Shown here: piece after piece, positions 30,572 through 39,566 of the stretch | Numbering within the stretch: position 1 is the first letter of the stretch | Layout: every line of letters starts with the position of its first letter | From: an uncultured Acidimicrobiales bacterium | GTDB lineage: Bacteria; Actinomycetota; Acidimicrobiia; Acidimicrobiales; UBA10347 | Direction: 5' to 3' | Assembly (NCBI GenBank): GCA_943788915.1 | Contig: CALSSD010000013.1 | Location: forward strand, 186,001 to 250,000 | Length of the DNA stretch: 64,000 bases | Translations under genes and position numbers: made by a program | Notes under the pieces: model-generated | The model's input: only the letters and a program-made list of their open reading frames with translations | Databases searched by the model: none | Told to the model about the DNA's origin: nothing

Positions 30572-31341
30572 ATGACCGGCATCCCACTTGAACCGAGCTC
30601 AGCCGAGCGACTCTCATTGGGGAACCAGGTACTCGAGTTTCTCGACGCGTGGATCGCTCGCCGTGATCAGACCCCGGCTTCGTAGCCAGATCCTGACGAC
30701 GGCCTGATCGGGGCGCTCCTGCACGAACCCGGCGAGAATGGCCGTGACCTCGAAGGTTTGCTCACGGCCATCGAATGAGCGACCAACACCGGGTTCGATA
30801 CGGCCGGACCTGGTTTCCTTTCGTACATGCCAAGCGGCGGTTTGTACACCGCCGCCCTTGGCGCACTCATCGGAAGTGTCACCAACCAATACACAGGAGC
30901 CTCACACGCAAGTCCCGGCATGACTGCTATCGAGGAGTCCGTTATCCGATGGATGACCTCCCTGTTCGATCTTCCCGAATCGTCCGGGGGTGTCCAAGTA
31001 TGGCTCGCACTACGCCTCCATGGAGTTCGCCGGTTTCGAGACGAACTCGACCGGATGCTGGACCTGGCCGAACGAACGGCAGGCCGACTTGGGCTCTGCC
31101 AGGAGTCCAGTTGATCGATCAGCCGCAGCTATCTGTGGTGGCGTTCCGGGCAGAAGCTGGCGACGATGCCACCCGGGCAATCCTCGACACACTCCTCGAA
31201 TCGCGCCAGGTCCATGTGTCCAGCACCACCGTTGACGGCGACATGTACGTGCGATTCGCCTTCCTCAACCAACGGACAACAGACAGCATTGTCGACCAAG
31301 CCATCCAGATTGTTGAGACGACCCTCCATTCACGTCGGTGA
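30572..31341 (+). pseudogene. PLP-dependent aromatic amino acid decarboxylase pseudogene
   Basis: MTGIPLEP...*...*...PGFLSYMPSGG...SPGMTAIEESVIRW...SGG fused directly to VWLALRLHGV; two nonsense codons, large internal deletion including the PLP-lysine region, frameshift near 31092. Confidence 0.85.
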
Positions 31342-31518
31342 CAAGTGTGGCGTCATTGCCGGCCGACGGGAGCACTCAGCGATCTCGCGGTAGACCTGGG
31401 TCGTACTCACTGACTTCTTGGGCACTGTCCATGGCGTGGCGGCGGTTGTTCACTCCGGCGGTCTCCCGACGCAAACGCCCCGTTTCGGGTGGCCCTTCGA
31501 GCGCCCTACCCTCACACC

Positions 31519-32490
31519 GTGCAGCTGAGCATTCTCGATCAGACACCAATCCCGGCCGGCTCAACCGCGCCCGAGGCGATTGCGAACACCATCGACCTGG
31601 CAATGCAAGCAGAGTTGTTTGGCTACCAGCGTTACTGGGTGGCCGAACATCACAACTCAACAGGATACGCGGGCACTGCACCTGAAATTCTCATAGGTGC
31701 AATCGCCGCCGCAACGTCGACTATCCGTGTGGGGTCAGGTGGCGTCATGCTCTCCCACTACAGTCCGCTCAAGATCGCCGAAGTATTTCATATGTTGAGC
31801 GCACTCCATCCAGGCCGTATTGACCTGGGCCTCGGTCGAGCACCTGGAGGCGGTTCGGCAGCAGCCGACGCTCTAGCTCGGGGCACATCAGGCTTTACGA
31901 ACGATAACTACGAGTCGCTGCTGGATGAACTTCAGGCCTTTCTCGGCGGCAGCGTCGACGAAGTGCACGCATCCCCGCTCGACACCACCTCTCCCCCGAT
32001 CTGGTTGCTCGCATCGGGTATGTCAAGCGCCACGCTTGCTGGCAAGCTCGGGCTGCCCCTGGCCTGGGCTCACTTCATCTCGCGCAGCGACGGCCCAGCC
32101 GTAGTCGCTATGTACCGGCACGCCTTCATTCCCTCGGCACAACTGGCTGAACCTCAGGTAACTATCGCCGTCTCGGCGTTGGCTGCCGAGACCGACCAAG
32201 AGGCCAATCTGCTCGCCACGAGTATTCAGCAGTTCAAACGCAACAGTTTCAACGGCAACGTGCCAACGATCGACGATGCGTTACACCAAGGGGCCCTGAT
32301 CGAAGGACCACACGAGCCAAGAGTCGGCGTTGCCCCTGCTGTCGTCGGCTCACCCGAGACGGTAATGACTCAACTCGAATCGCTGGCGTCGCGGTACGAC
32401 ACCGACGACATCACTATTGTCGGAATCTGCCATGACCACGCAGCACGAGTGCGCTCCCATCAGCTCATCGCTCAAGCCGCAGCCCGCTGA
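31519..32490 (+). CDS. LLM-class flavin-dependent oxidoreductase (luciferase-like)
   Basis: LSILDQTPI, RYWVAEHHN, IRVGSGGVMLSHYSP, GRIDLGLGRAPG. Confidence 0.92.
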   Translation: MQLSILDQTPIPAGSTAPEAIANTIDLAMQAELFGYQRYWVAEHHNSTGYAGTAPEILIGAIAAATSTIRVGSGGVMLSHYSPLKIAEVFHMLSALHPGRIDLGLGRAPGGGSAAADALARGTSGFTNDNYESLLDELQAFLGGSVDEVHASPLDTTSPPIWLLASGMSSATLAGKLGLPLAWAHFISRSDGPAVVAMYRHAFIPSAQLAEPQVTIAVSALAAETDQEANLLATSIQQFKRNSFNGNVPTIDDALHQGALIEGPHEPRVGVAPAVVGSPETVMTQLESLASRYDTDDITIVGICHDHAARVRSHQLIAQAAAR

Positions 32491-32626
32491 CCACGGTCAT
32501 TGTCTGCTCTCCCAGCGTCGACAAACAATCAGCCATGGGAGTATGCGGGTCCCAGGTCTCGATCTGTATGACCACCGTGGGTCGGGGCGTGACCGCTGGC
32601 ATACGTGCTTTCTTCGCGTTACCCGT

Positions 32627-32706
32627 TACTGTATCGATTAAGTACTACATCGACCAAGTACCCGATCGATCAAGTACCCGATCGATCAACTACTGAATCG
32701 ATCAAA
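32627..32706. promoter_or_regulatory. Five tandem 16-bp repeats, putative LacI-family operator array
   Basis: TACTGTATCGATTAAG / TACTACATCGACCAAG / TACCCGATCGATCAAG / TACCCGATCGATCAAC / TACTGAATCGATCAAA, each centred on ATCGA(T/C). Confidence 0.7.
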
Positions 32707-32722
32707 AGACTCTTGATCGACG

Positions 32723-33064
32723 ATGAACGGAGCCGACATGGTCCTCACACTCACCCGCTATTTCGATGCAGAACCGATCGTCGTCGAAGGAATCCTCGCA
32801 GGCAGTCTCGATCGATGGCTCGATGTTGCCGCGACCCGAATTGGCGCATCACGAACCGCTCTGGTGACCGAAGCCATCAATGGTGGGTTTCGTGTCCATG
32901 CTGGCCTACACGTGCTCGACGGCAGTGAACTCCACGTATCGGGCGAAAGCCGACTCACTACGCTGAAGATCACCATTCCGTGGGAGCACTCGGACAACTC
33001 GAAAACACTCGCAGCAAACGCATTCGCTGAAGCCATCGCTGACGAGGTTCAACTCGCAGCCTGA
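32723..33064 (+). CDS. Small hypothetical protein coupled to the LacI regulator
   Basis: 113-aa ORF with alternating alpha/beta character; stop overlaps the LacI start (TGATG). Confidence 0.65.
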   Translation: MNGADMVLTLTRYFDAEPIVVEGILAGSLDRWLDVAATRIGASRTALVTEAINGGFRVHAGLHVLDGSELHVSGESRLTTLKITIPWEHSDNSKTLAANAFAEAIADEVQLAA

Positions 33065-34169
33065 TGGGCCATGATGACGGTGTGGTCGCACGCGTAACTT
33101 TGCAGACTGTCGCCGATCGGGTCGGTGTCTCTCGAACGACCGTGTCGAATGCGTACAACCGCCCTGATCAACTCGGCGACGAACTACGTAATCGGATTCT
33201 GGGGGCAGCACAGGAGCTTGGTTATCGAGGGCCCGATGCCGCCGGTCGCATGTTGCGGACCGGACGTATGGGAGCGATCGGGCTGCTCTTCACCGAGGAC
33301 CTTCGCTTCGTCTTCACGGATCCGGACACAACACAGTTCATGCTGGGCGTGGCCGAAACAAGCGCACTTGCAGGTACAGGGCTCACCCTGCTCCCCGTAC
33401 CGCTCGGGACCGAAGTGAGTGAGACCGCCGTGCCCTACGTGGCGGTCGATGGGTACCTCGTCTTTTCGGTACCGATCGATCACCCTGCTCTTGAGACAGT
33501 CTTACGACGGGGGAAACCAGTGGTTGTGGTCGACGAACCCGACCTCGGAGATGCGACGTCTTTTGTTGGCATCGACGATCGGGCCGGAGCCAAGATGGCG
33601 GCCGAACACCTGCTCGGGCTGGGCCACCGCAAGATCGGCATTCTGTTCGGAAGACTGTCGCTCGATAAGACTCCCGGTCAACGAAGCCGTGCAGAAGTCC
33701 ACCGGGCTTCCATCCGCGTCGCTCGAGACCGCATGCGTGGGTTCGAAGATGCGCTCTCATCGAACACGACATCGACATGGAGCACGTCGTCATCTGGGAG
33801 GCAGGCGGAAACGATCCTGACTCAGGGCGTCATGCAGGGCTCGACATGCTCGAACGTCACCCTGAACTCACGGCATTGCTCTGCTTCAGCGACCAACTGG
33901 CGATCGGAGCAGCTCAAGCCGGACTCCGGCTCGGCCGCCAACTACCAAACGAACTCTCGATTGTCGGCTTCGATGACATCCCCCGAGCAGCGACATGGGA
34001 TCCACCTCTCACCACCGTGAGGCAACCCCTCGTCGACAAGGGTCGAGTGGCAGCAGAGCTCCTGATGGAACAAATCAAAGATGGAGGGACGCGACGTATC
34101 GAACTTCCCATCGAGCTCGTCGTGCGAGCTTCGACGGCACCGCTGTCAGACGGTCAACGCGCCAGCTGA
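33064..34169 (+). CDS. LacI family transcriptional regulator, frameshifted near 33756
   Basis: HTH VTLQTVADRVGVSRTTVSNAYNRP; C-terminus ALLCFSDQLAIGA...SIVGFDDI...LTTVRQP...ELVVRAST in another frame. Confidence 0.88.
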
Positions 34170-34253
34170 CGGCAACGCCGATCCACGGGAGTAGTGCGCT
34201 CGCCGGCGGATCGGCCGCCCGCCGAGAAATTTCGATTGGGATGCCACGGCCTT

Positions 34254-36032
34254 CTACCGCTGGGCGGCACTGCTGGTTGCATGGGAACGCAGAAGCCTGC
34301 CAGGACGTTCCCCTGTGTCTGTGTCATCGGCGCGGGTCTGCACTCCACCGACGAACGTGGCCACGTACCCTTCGACCGGTTGTAGGTAACGGAGGCCGCC
34401 TGCTGGAAGGTCCGCGTGGGCCACGGGGCGATGAACGTTCAGGTTCTCGAAATCGATCACGTTGACGTCGGCTCGTTTGCCGACGGCGAGTTCGCCTCGG
34501 TCAGCGAACCCGTAGAGCTGGGCATTACGTAGCGTTTGCTTGTGGACCATGAACTCGAGCGGGATGCGCTCGCCGCGCGTCCGGTCTCGGACCCAGTGCG
34601 TCAGCTGGGTGGTGGGCACCGATCCATCACAGATGAGCTTCACGTGGGCACCGGCATCTCCCAAGCCCACGATTGTGCCAGGGTCGACCAGCATTTCTCG
34701 GAGGTCTTCCATGTCGCCCTTCACGTAACCAACTCCCGGCAGAGCAGCGATGTTCGTGCCATCTCCTGCGGCCAAGAAGTCGTACATAGCTTCCTCGAGG
34801 GTCACACCGCGCTCGGCCGCCAGTGCAGCGAAACTCTGCTCAGGCGAGGGCTCGTAGTCGACGATGTCGTCGAGGGGGAACGACCGCCCAATGGCCGAAC
34901 GGAGCAGCTTGTACAGGTTCTCCATCGACCCGGCCTGTTCGACTTCGACGTCGGAATCACTGAGGATCGCTGCCCGTATCTCGGGGTCACGCATGGCCGC
35001 GGCGCGTTCGTGAACGGGCAGATCCGCGATCTCTAGGTAGGTGCGGCGGCGGCTGAACGGGTGGTAACCAGCCAGGCCCGAAAGAAACCCGGCAGGTCGA
35101 GAAGCGACCTGAGGGTAAAGATGAGCGCCTGTCTCATTCATCTCACGAGCGAAGGCCAACGCTGCCCTCCACGCATCGGGAGCATCACCATGTTGAAGTG
35201 TCGTGAAGGTGACCGGCTGACCGGTCGCCTTTGAGATGTCCGACAACAGCGCCAGTTCTTCATCCTCGGAGAACCGCTCGCCCCCGTAGATGCGCATATT
35301 TCCAATCGACTCCGATGTGATCGCCTCGAACACACCGCCGCCACCATCGGCCATACCCTGCACTAGCTCAGAGAGTTCTTCGCGTGTGGCGTAGGTTCCG
35401 GGCACTGGAACCCCAGAGATCGAACGGTGGAAAATGGTGCGTGAGGTCGTGAAACCGACCGCTCCGGCCTGTGTTGCTTCGGCGACTAGTTGACGCATCT
35501 GAGCGATGTCGGCGTCGGTTGCGTCGTCGTTGGCCAGACCGCGCTCCCCCATCACTGCAAAACGCAACGCTGCGTGTGGCACCTGGGCCGCGATGTCCAT
35601 CGTGTATGAGCGGGCCGCTAGGAAGTCGAGGTATTCGGGAAACGTCGACCATTCGCCCCACGGAACGCCTTCGTGCAGCGCGGTGCCAGGAATGTCCTCG
35701 ACGCCCTCCATCAAGTCCACCAGCACGTCTTGGCCTCCGGGCGGGCACGGAGCGAAACCAACGCCACAGTTACCCATAACCAGGGTCGTCACGCCATTAC
35801 TGAACGAAGGGTCGAGTTCGTCGTCCCACGTCGCTTGTCCGTCGAAATGCGTGTGCACGTCTATCCAACCAGGAGCGACGATGGCGCCAGAAGCATCGAA
35901 TTCGCGCTCGCCTGCAAGGTTGGGTCCAATGGCGGTGATCACGCCGTCGTCGATAGCCAGGTCGCAGACAAACGACGGGGCGCCAGTTCCGTCCACGATC
36001 GTTCCTGATTTGAGTACCAGTTCGTGTTTCAT
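34254..36032 (-). CDS. N-acyl-D-amino-acid deacylase family amidohydrolase (paralog 2)
   Basis: [37 protein letters not shown]. Confidence 0.92.
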   Translation of the reverse strand: MKHELVLKSGTIVDGTGAPSFVCDLAIDDGVITAIGPNLAGEREFDASGAIVAPGWIDVHTHFDGQATWDDELDPSFSNGVTTLVMGNCGVGFAPCPPGGQDVLVDLMEGVEDIPGTALHEGVPWGEWSTFPEYLDFLAARSYTMDIAAQVPHAALRFAVMGERGLANDDATDADIAQMRQLVAEATQAGAVGFTTSRTIFHRSISGVPVPGTYATREELSELVQGMADGGGGVFEAITSESIGNMRIYGGERFSEDEELALLSDISKATGQPVTFTTLQHGDAPDAWRAALAFAREMNETGAHLYPQVASRPAGFLSGLAGYHPFSRRRTYLEIADLPVHERAAAMRDPEIRAAILSDSDVEVEQAGSMENLYKLLRSAIGRSFPLDDIVDYEPSPEQSFAALAAERGVTLEEAMYDFLAAGDGTNIAALPGVGYVKGDMEDLREMLVDPGTIVGLGDAGAHVKLICDGSVPTTQLTHWVRDRTRGERIPLEFMVHKQTLRNAQLYGFADRGELAVGKRADVNVIDFENLNVHRPVAHADLPAGGLRYLQPVEGYVATFVGGVQTRADDTDTGERPGRLLRSHATSSAAQR

Positions 36033-36091
36033 ATGTGCCCTTTAGGGTCGGTGGGTCAACGACGGTCCCGTCGTTGGTCTGCAGTACGTGA

Positions 36092-37399
36092 TTACTTGTA
36101 GCGAACCAGCGCGGTTCGATAGGCACCGACATGAAGATCGGTCAACCATTCAGGTTCCTCGGCCCGTTCGAGACGGTGGAGGACTTCGGATTCGGCCAGT
36201 GCCCGCAGTGCAGCACGCAGCTCCCACTTCGCCAAGTTGGCGCCGAGGCAGAAGTGCCCACCATGGCCAAAGGCCAGGTGATCGTTCGGGCTACGCCCAA
36301 TATCGAAGCTGTACGGATCGTCGAAAACCCGAGGGTCGCGGTTGGCCGCCCCGTACCACAACGCCACATGATCGCCGGCCCTGATCGTCTGGCCGTGCAG
36401 TTCCACATCGCGAGTCGCCGTCCTAGCGAACTCAATGACGGGAGTGGTCCATCGCACAATTTCGTCGACCGCCGAGTCGACGAAACGGTCGGGGTCATCG
36501 GTCAGACGATCAACTTGGTCGGGGTTGTCGATCAGCGCCAGAACGCCACGACTCAACGCGTTTCGGGTGGTCTCGTTGCCGGCGTTGATGAGGAGCCGGA
36601 GATAGCCGTGCAGTTCCTGTTCGGTGAGCTTTCTGCCGTCGATGTCGGCGTGGACCAGAACGGTGCTGAGGTCGTCGGCTGGCTCGTTGCGCTTACGTTC
36701 GATTAGCCCCGCGACATAACCGTGGAACTCCGCGTGTACACGGCGGCGCATGACTCGCCGCTCCTCGCCCGGGAGTGCGAACCTCATCGACTCGTTGTCG
36801 AACATCGCGTCGGTCCACCGATGGATGTCGGCCCAGTCGTCGCGTTCAACTCCCATCATCGACGCAATGGTCATCAACGGCAGGGCGACGGCATAGTCGT
36901 GGATCAGGTCACTCGTCTCACCGCTCTCAAGGCGGCCTGCAAACTCGCCGGTGATGTTGGCGGCGTTTTCGGCCATCTCGCTCGCCATGTCTCGGCACCG
37001 AGCGGGGGTGAAGTGGCGCACCGTGAGTTGGCGCATCGCGTGGTGGGCCGGGTTGTCAAGGAAGACCATGTCCTCGGGGACGGCTGGGTCCCACTCATAC
37101 ATCTCGAGCTTCTTCTCGCGAGCCGCTGCGTAGCGAGCGTCGATATCGAGACTCTTGATGCGCAGCCGTCCGCCGCCGTTGATAAACGCCGCGCTGTTCG
37201 AACCGATCGACTTAACGTCTCCGTGGCGAGTGATCGCCCAAAAAGGAGCGATGCCTTCACGGTCATACCAGTAACACGGGGCCTCCTCTCGGAGACGATC
37301 CCATGCCTCCCACGGATAGCCGAACTGTTCGTAAAGCGAGATTGTGTGAATATCGAGCTCATCCAACGAGCGCAACCCAGACGACGCGGTTGTGGTCAT
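36092..37399 (-). CDS. Cytochrome P450
   Basis: I-helix AGNETT, ExxR (EIVR), heme motif FGHGGHFCLG; GGAGG RBS upstream. Confidence 0.95.
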   Translation of the reverse strand: MTTTASSGLRSLDELDIHTISLYEQFGYPWEAWDRLREEAPCYWYDREGIAPFWAITRHGDVKSIGSNSAAFINGGGRLRIKSLDIDARYAAAREKKLEMYEWDPAVPEDMVFLDNPAHHAMRQLTVRHFTPARCRDMASEMAENAANITGEFAGRLESGETSDLIHDYAVALPLMTIASMMGVERDDWADIHRWTDAMFDNESMRFALPGEERRVMRRRVHAEFHGYVAGLIERKRNEPADDLSTVLVHADIDGRKLTEQELHGYLRLLINAGNETTRNALSRGVLALIDNPDQVDRLTDDPDRFVDSAVDEIVRWTTPVIEFARTATRDVELHGQTIRAGDHVALWYGAANRDPRVFDDPYSFDIGRSPNDHLAFGHGGHFCLGANLAKWELRAALRALAESEVLHRLERAEEPEWLTDLHVGAYRTALVRYK

Positions 37400-37423
37400 C
37401 AACCCTCCCAATCGGTATGCCAC

Positions 37424-38066
37424 TGTTCTAGACCGCAACATCATCGTCGAACAAGCCCATGACGGCGCGGCGGCCCGGCGAACTCGTGCACATCGACGTC
37501 AAAAAGCTTGCCAGAATCCCGCTGGGCGGCGGGCAACGCAAACTCGGGCGCACCACCCAAGCTAAACAACGCAGCCGACAAAGGGCCGGCTACGGCCACA
37601 TCCACACCGCCATAGATGCCTATTCGCGGCTCGCGTATTCCGAGTTCGCTGGCGTCGAGAACAAAGCCAATTGCATTGCGTTCCTCCGTCGAGCCAACCA
37701 CTGGTTCAACACCCACCACGACATCACCATCGAACGAATACTCACAGACAACGGCAACGGCTACCGCAGCTACGACTGGGCCGACACCTGCGCCGAACTC
37801 GGCATCAAACACACCCGAACCAAGCCCTACCACCCCGCCACAAACGGCAAAGTCGAACGCTTCAACCGAACCCTCGTCGAAGAATGGGCCTACGCCAAAG
37901 TCTGGACCTCAGACCAACAACGCGCCAACAGCCTTGACGGATGGCTCCACGGCTACAACTATCACCGACACCAAATAGTCCGCCCATTTCGCACACACTC
38001 ATGATTGGGCGTCAAGGCCTTCCATTTCGTGAACCTCCCCAAACCCAGGTGATGAGAAATCACTAG
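37424..38066 (+). mobile_element. Truncated IS481-family insertion sequence (DDE core at 37459-38004, N-terminal HTH missing)
   Basis: PGELVHIDVKKL, AIDAYSRLAY, ILTDNG, TNGKVERFNRTL, YNYHRH; C/A-rich strand bias; ends are approximate. Confidence 0.85.
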
Positions 38067-38122
38067 CCTCGACCTTTCTGAACTGGACAGCCAATATTTG
38101 ACTGCTCTACCTTTCCTCGGAG

Positions 38123-39550
38123 ATGGCGACTCCACGCGAGGTGCGCGACCGGCTGGCGAAACAGGCCGACACCTACCCGCGTGTCGTCTTGGCCACCGCC
38201 CTGTTCGGGCTAATCTCGGCCACTTTCATGGTGTCCGTGCTCGCTGCGGTCGTCGGAACGTTGGCAACCGAGTTCGGCACCACCACCTCGACCATGGTTT
38301 GGGTTGTCGTAGGCCCGAACCTCGGGTTCGCCGTCCTGGCCGTGAGCTCGGGCAAGTTGGCCGACATGTACGGCCGACGCCGAGCGTTCCTCGTCGCACT
38401 CGTCGGCTCAATGATCTTCGGGGGCCTCTCCGCTCTGTCATGGTCCGCAGGCTCGCTCATCGCCTTCCGCACCATCAGTGCAATCTTCGGCTCAGCCACC
38501 GGGCCAGCCGGCATCGCCATCATCGCCGAGCAGTTCACCGGGCCAGCGAGAGCCAAGGTCGTCGGCTGGTGGAGCATGGCCTCCGCCGGTGGACCCGTGC
38601 TCGGCATCATCATCGGTGGTCCCATCGTCGAGCAGCTGAGCTGGCGATGGATATTTATTGGCCAAGTCCCGATGACTGCTCTCGCGCTGGTAGCTGCGGT
38701 CTATGTCCTTCCTGATGCTGCGCCCACACAACCGGCCCGGTTCGATGTCATGGGAACAGCCTTGTTGGCAAGTGCGACATTCTCGCTCCTATTCGCCAGC
38801 AACCGAGGGCCGGTATGGGGGTGGAGGGACCCGGTCGTGATCATGCTGTTCATCGCCGTCCCCGTTCTGTGTCTGCTCTTCGTTCTCCAGGAACGGAAGG
38901 CACCAACGCCACTCATTCCGCTGGCGTATTTTCGCGAGCGAAACTTCGCCCTGCCGATGATTATCCAGTTCTTCACCAACGTGGCCTACATGGGGTCTGG
39001 TTTTGTGCTGGCGCCGCTGTTTCTCATCACGGTGCTTGACTACGGCCCGACAAAGGCCGCCTATCTCATCACCGCGCGCCCGCTGTTCTTCGGGTTGGCG
39101 GGGCCGATCGTCGGCATTGCCGGGGCTGCCCTTGGCGAGCGCCGCCTCTCCGTCACCGGGGCGCTACTGATCGTTACTTCTGCCGTCGGCCTAACGCAGT
39201 ACGACATCGATACATCTGATCCCTTCATTTTTCTCACGCTGGGTGTTGCCGGGCTCGGACTTGGGCTGATGACGCCGGCTATGACCACGGCCATGACCAA
39301 CGCGGTGCATCCGTCAGATATCGCTATGGCCAGTGGCGCTCAGCAGATGATGCGCCAACTGGGCACCACGGTCGGCATCGGTGTTATCGCCTCAATCCAA
39401 GTCGCCACCGAACCACAGTTGGGCCTCGTAGGTTCTTTCCGCCAGGCATTCATCGTCAGCGCAGCGATCGCCTCAATCGGCGTCATTGGTTCGGTTGGCA
39501 TGAGGAACACCAGCGGTGCCCACGGCTCTCACGCCGCCGACCAGCGATAA
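38123..39550 (+). CDS. MFS transporter, DHA2 (14-TMS) family
   Basis: SGKLADMYGRRR motif A, GPVLGIIIGGPIVEQLSWRWIF, RQLGTTVG. Confidence 0.9.
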   Translation: MATPREVRDRLAKQADTYPRVVLATALFGLISATFMVSVLAAVVGTLATEFGTTTSTMVWVVVGPNLGFAVLAVSSGKLADMYGRRRAFLVALVGSMIFGGLSALSWSAGSLIAFRTISAIFGSATGPAGIAIIAEQFTGPARAKVVGWWSMASAGGPVLGIIIGGPIVEQLSWRWIFIGQVPMTALALVAAVYVLPDAAPTQPARFDVMGTALLASATFSLLFASNRGPVWGWRDPVVIMLFIAVPVLCLLFVLQERKAPTPLIPLAYFRERNFALPMIIQFFTNVAYMGSGFVLAPLFLITVLDYGPTKAAYLITARPLFFGLAGPIVGIAGAALGERRLSVTGALLIVTSAVGLTQYDIDTSDPFIFLTLGVAGLGLGLMTPAMTTAMTNAVHPSDIAMASGAQQMMRQLGTTVGIGVIASIQVATEPQLGLVGSFRQAFIVSAAIASIGVIGSVGMRNTSGAHGSHAADQR

Positions 39551-39566
39551 CCAGCAGTCTGTCGTC

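Noticed and set aside
30572..30830. In-frame TGA in the decarboxylase as a second Sec codon
   Set aside because: It is not in a Cys motif, and the same gene has a TAG, a frameshift and a large deletion, so it is a pseudogene.
32627..32706. CRISPR array
   Set aside because: Units are 16 bp and abut with no spacers, and there are no cas genes in the window.
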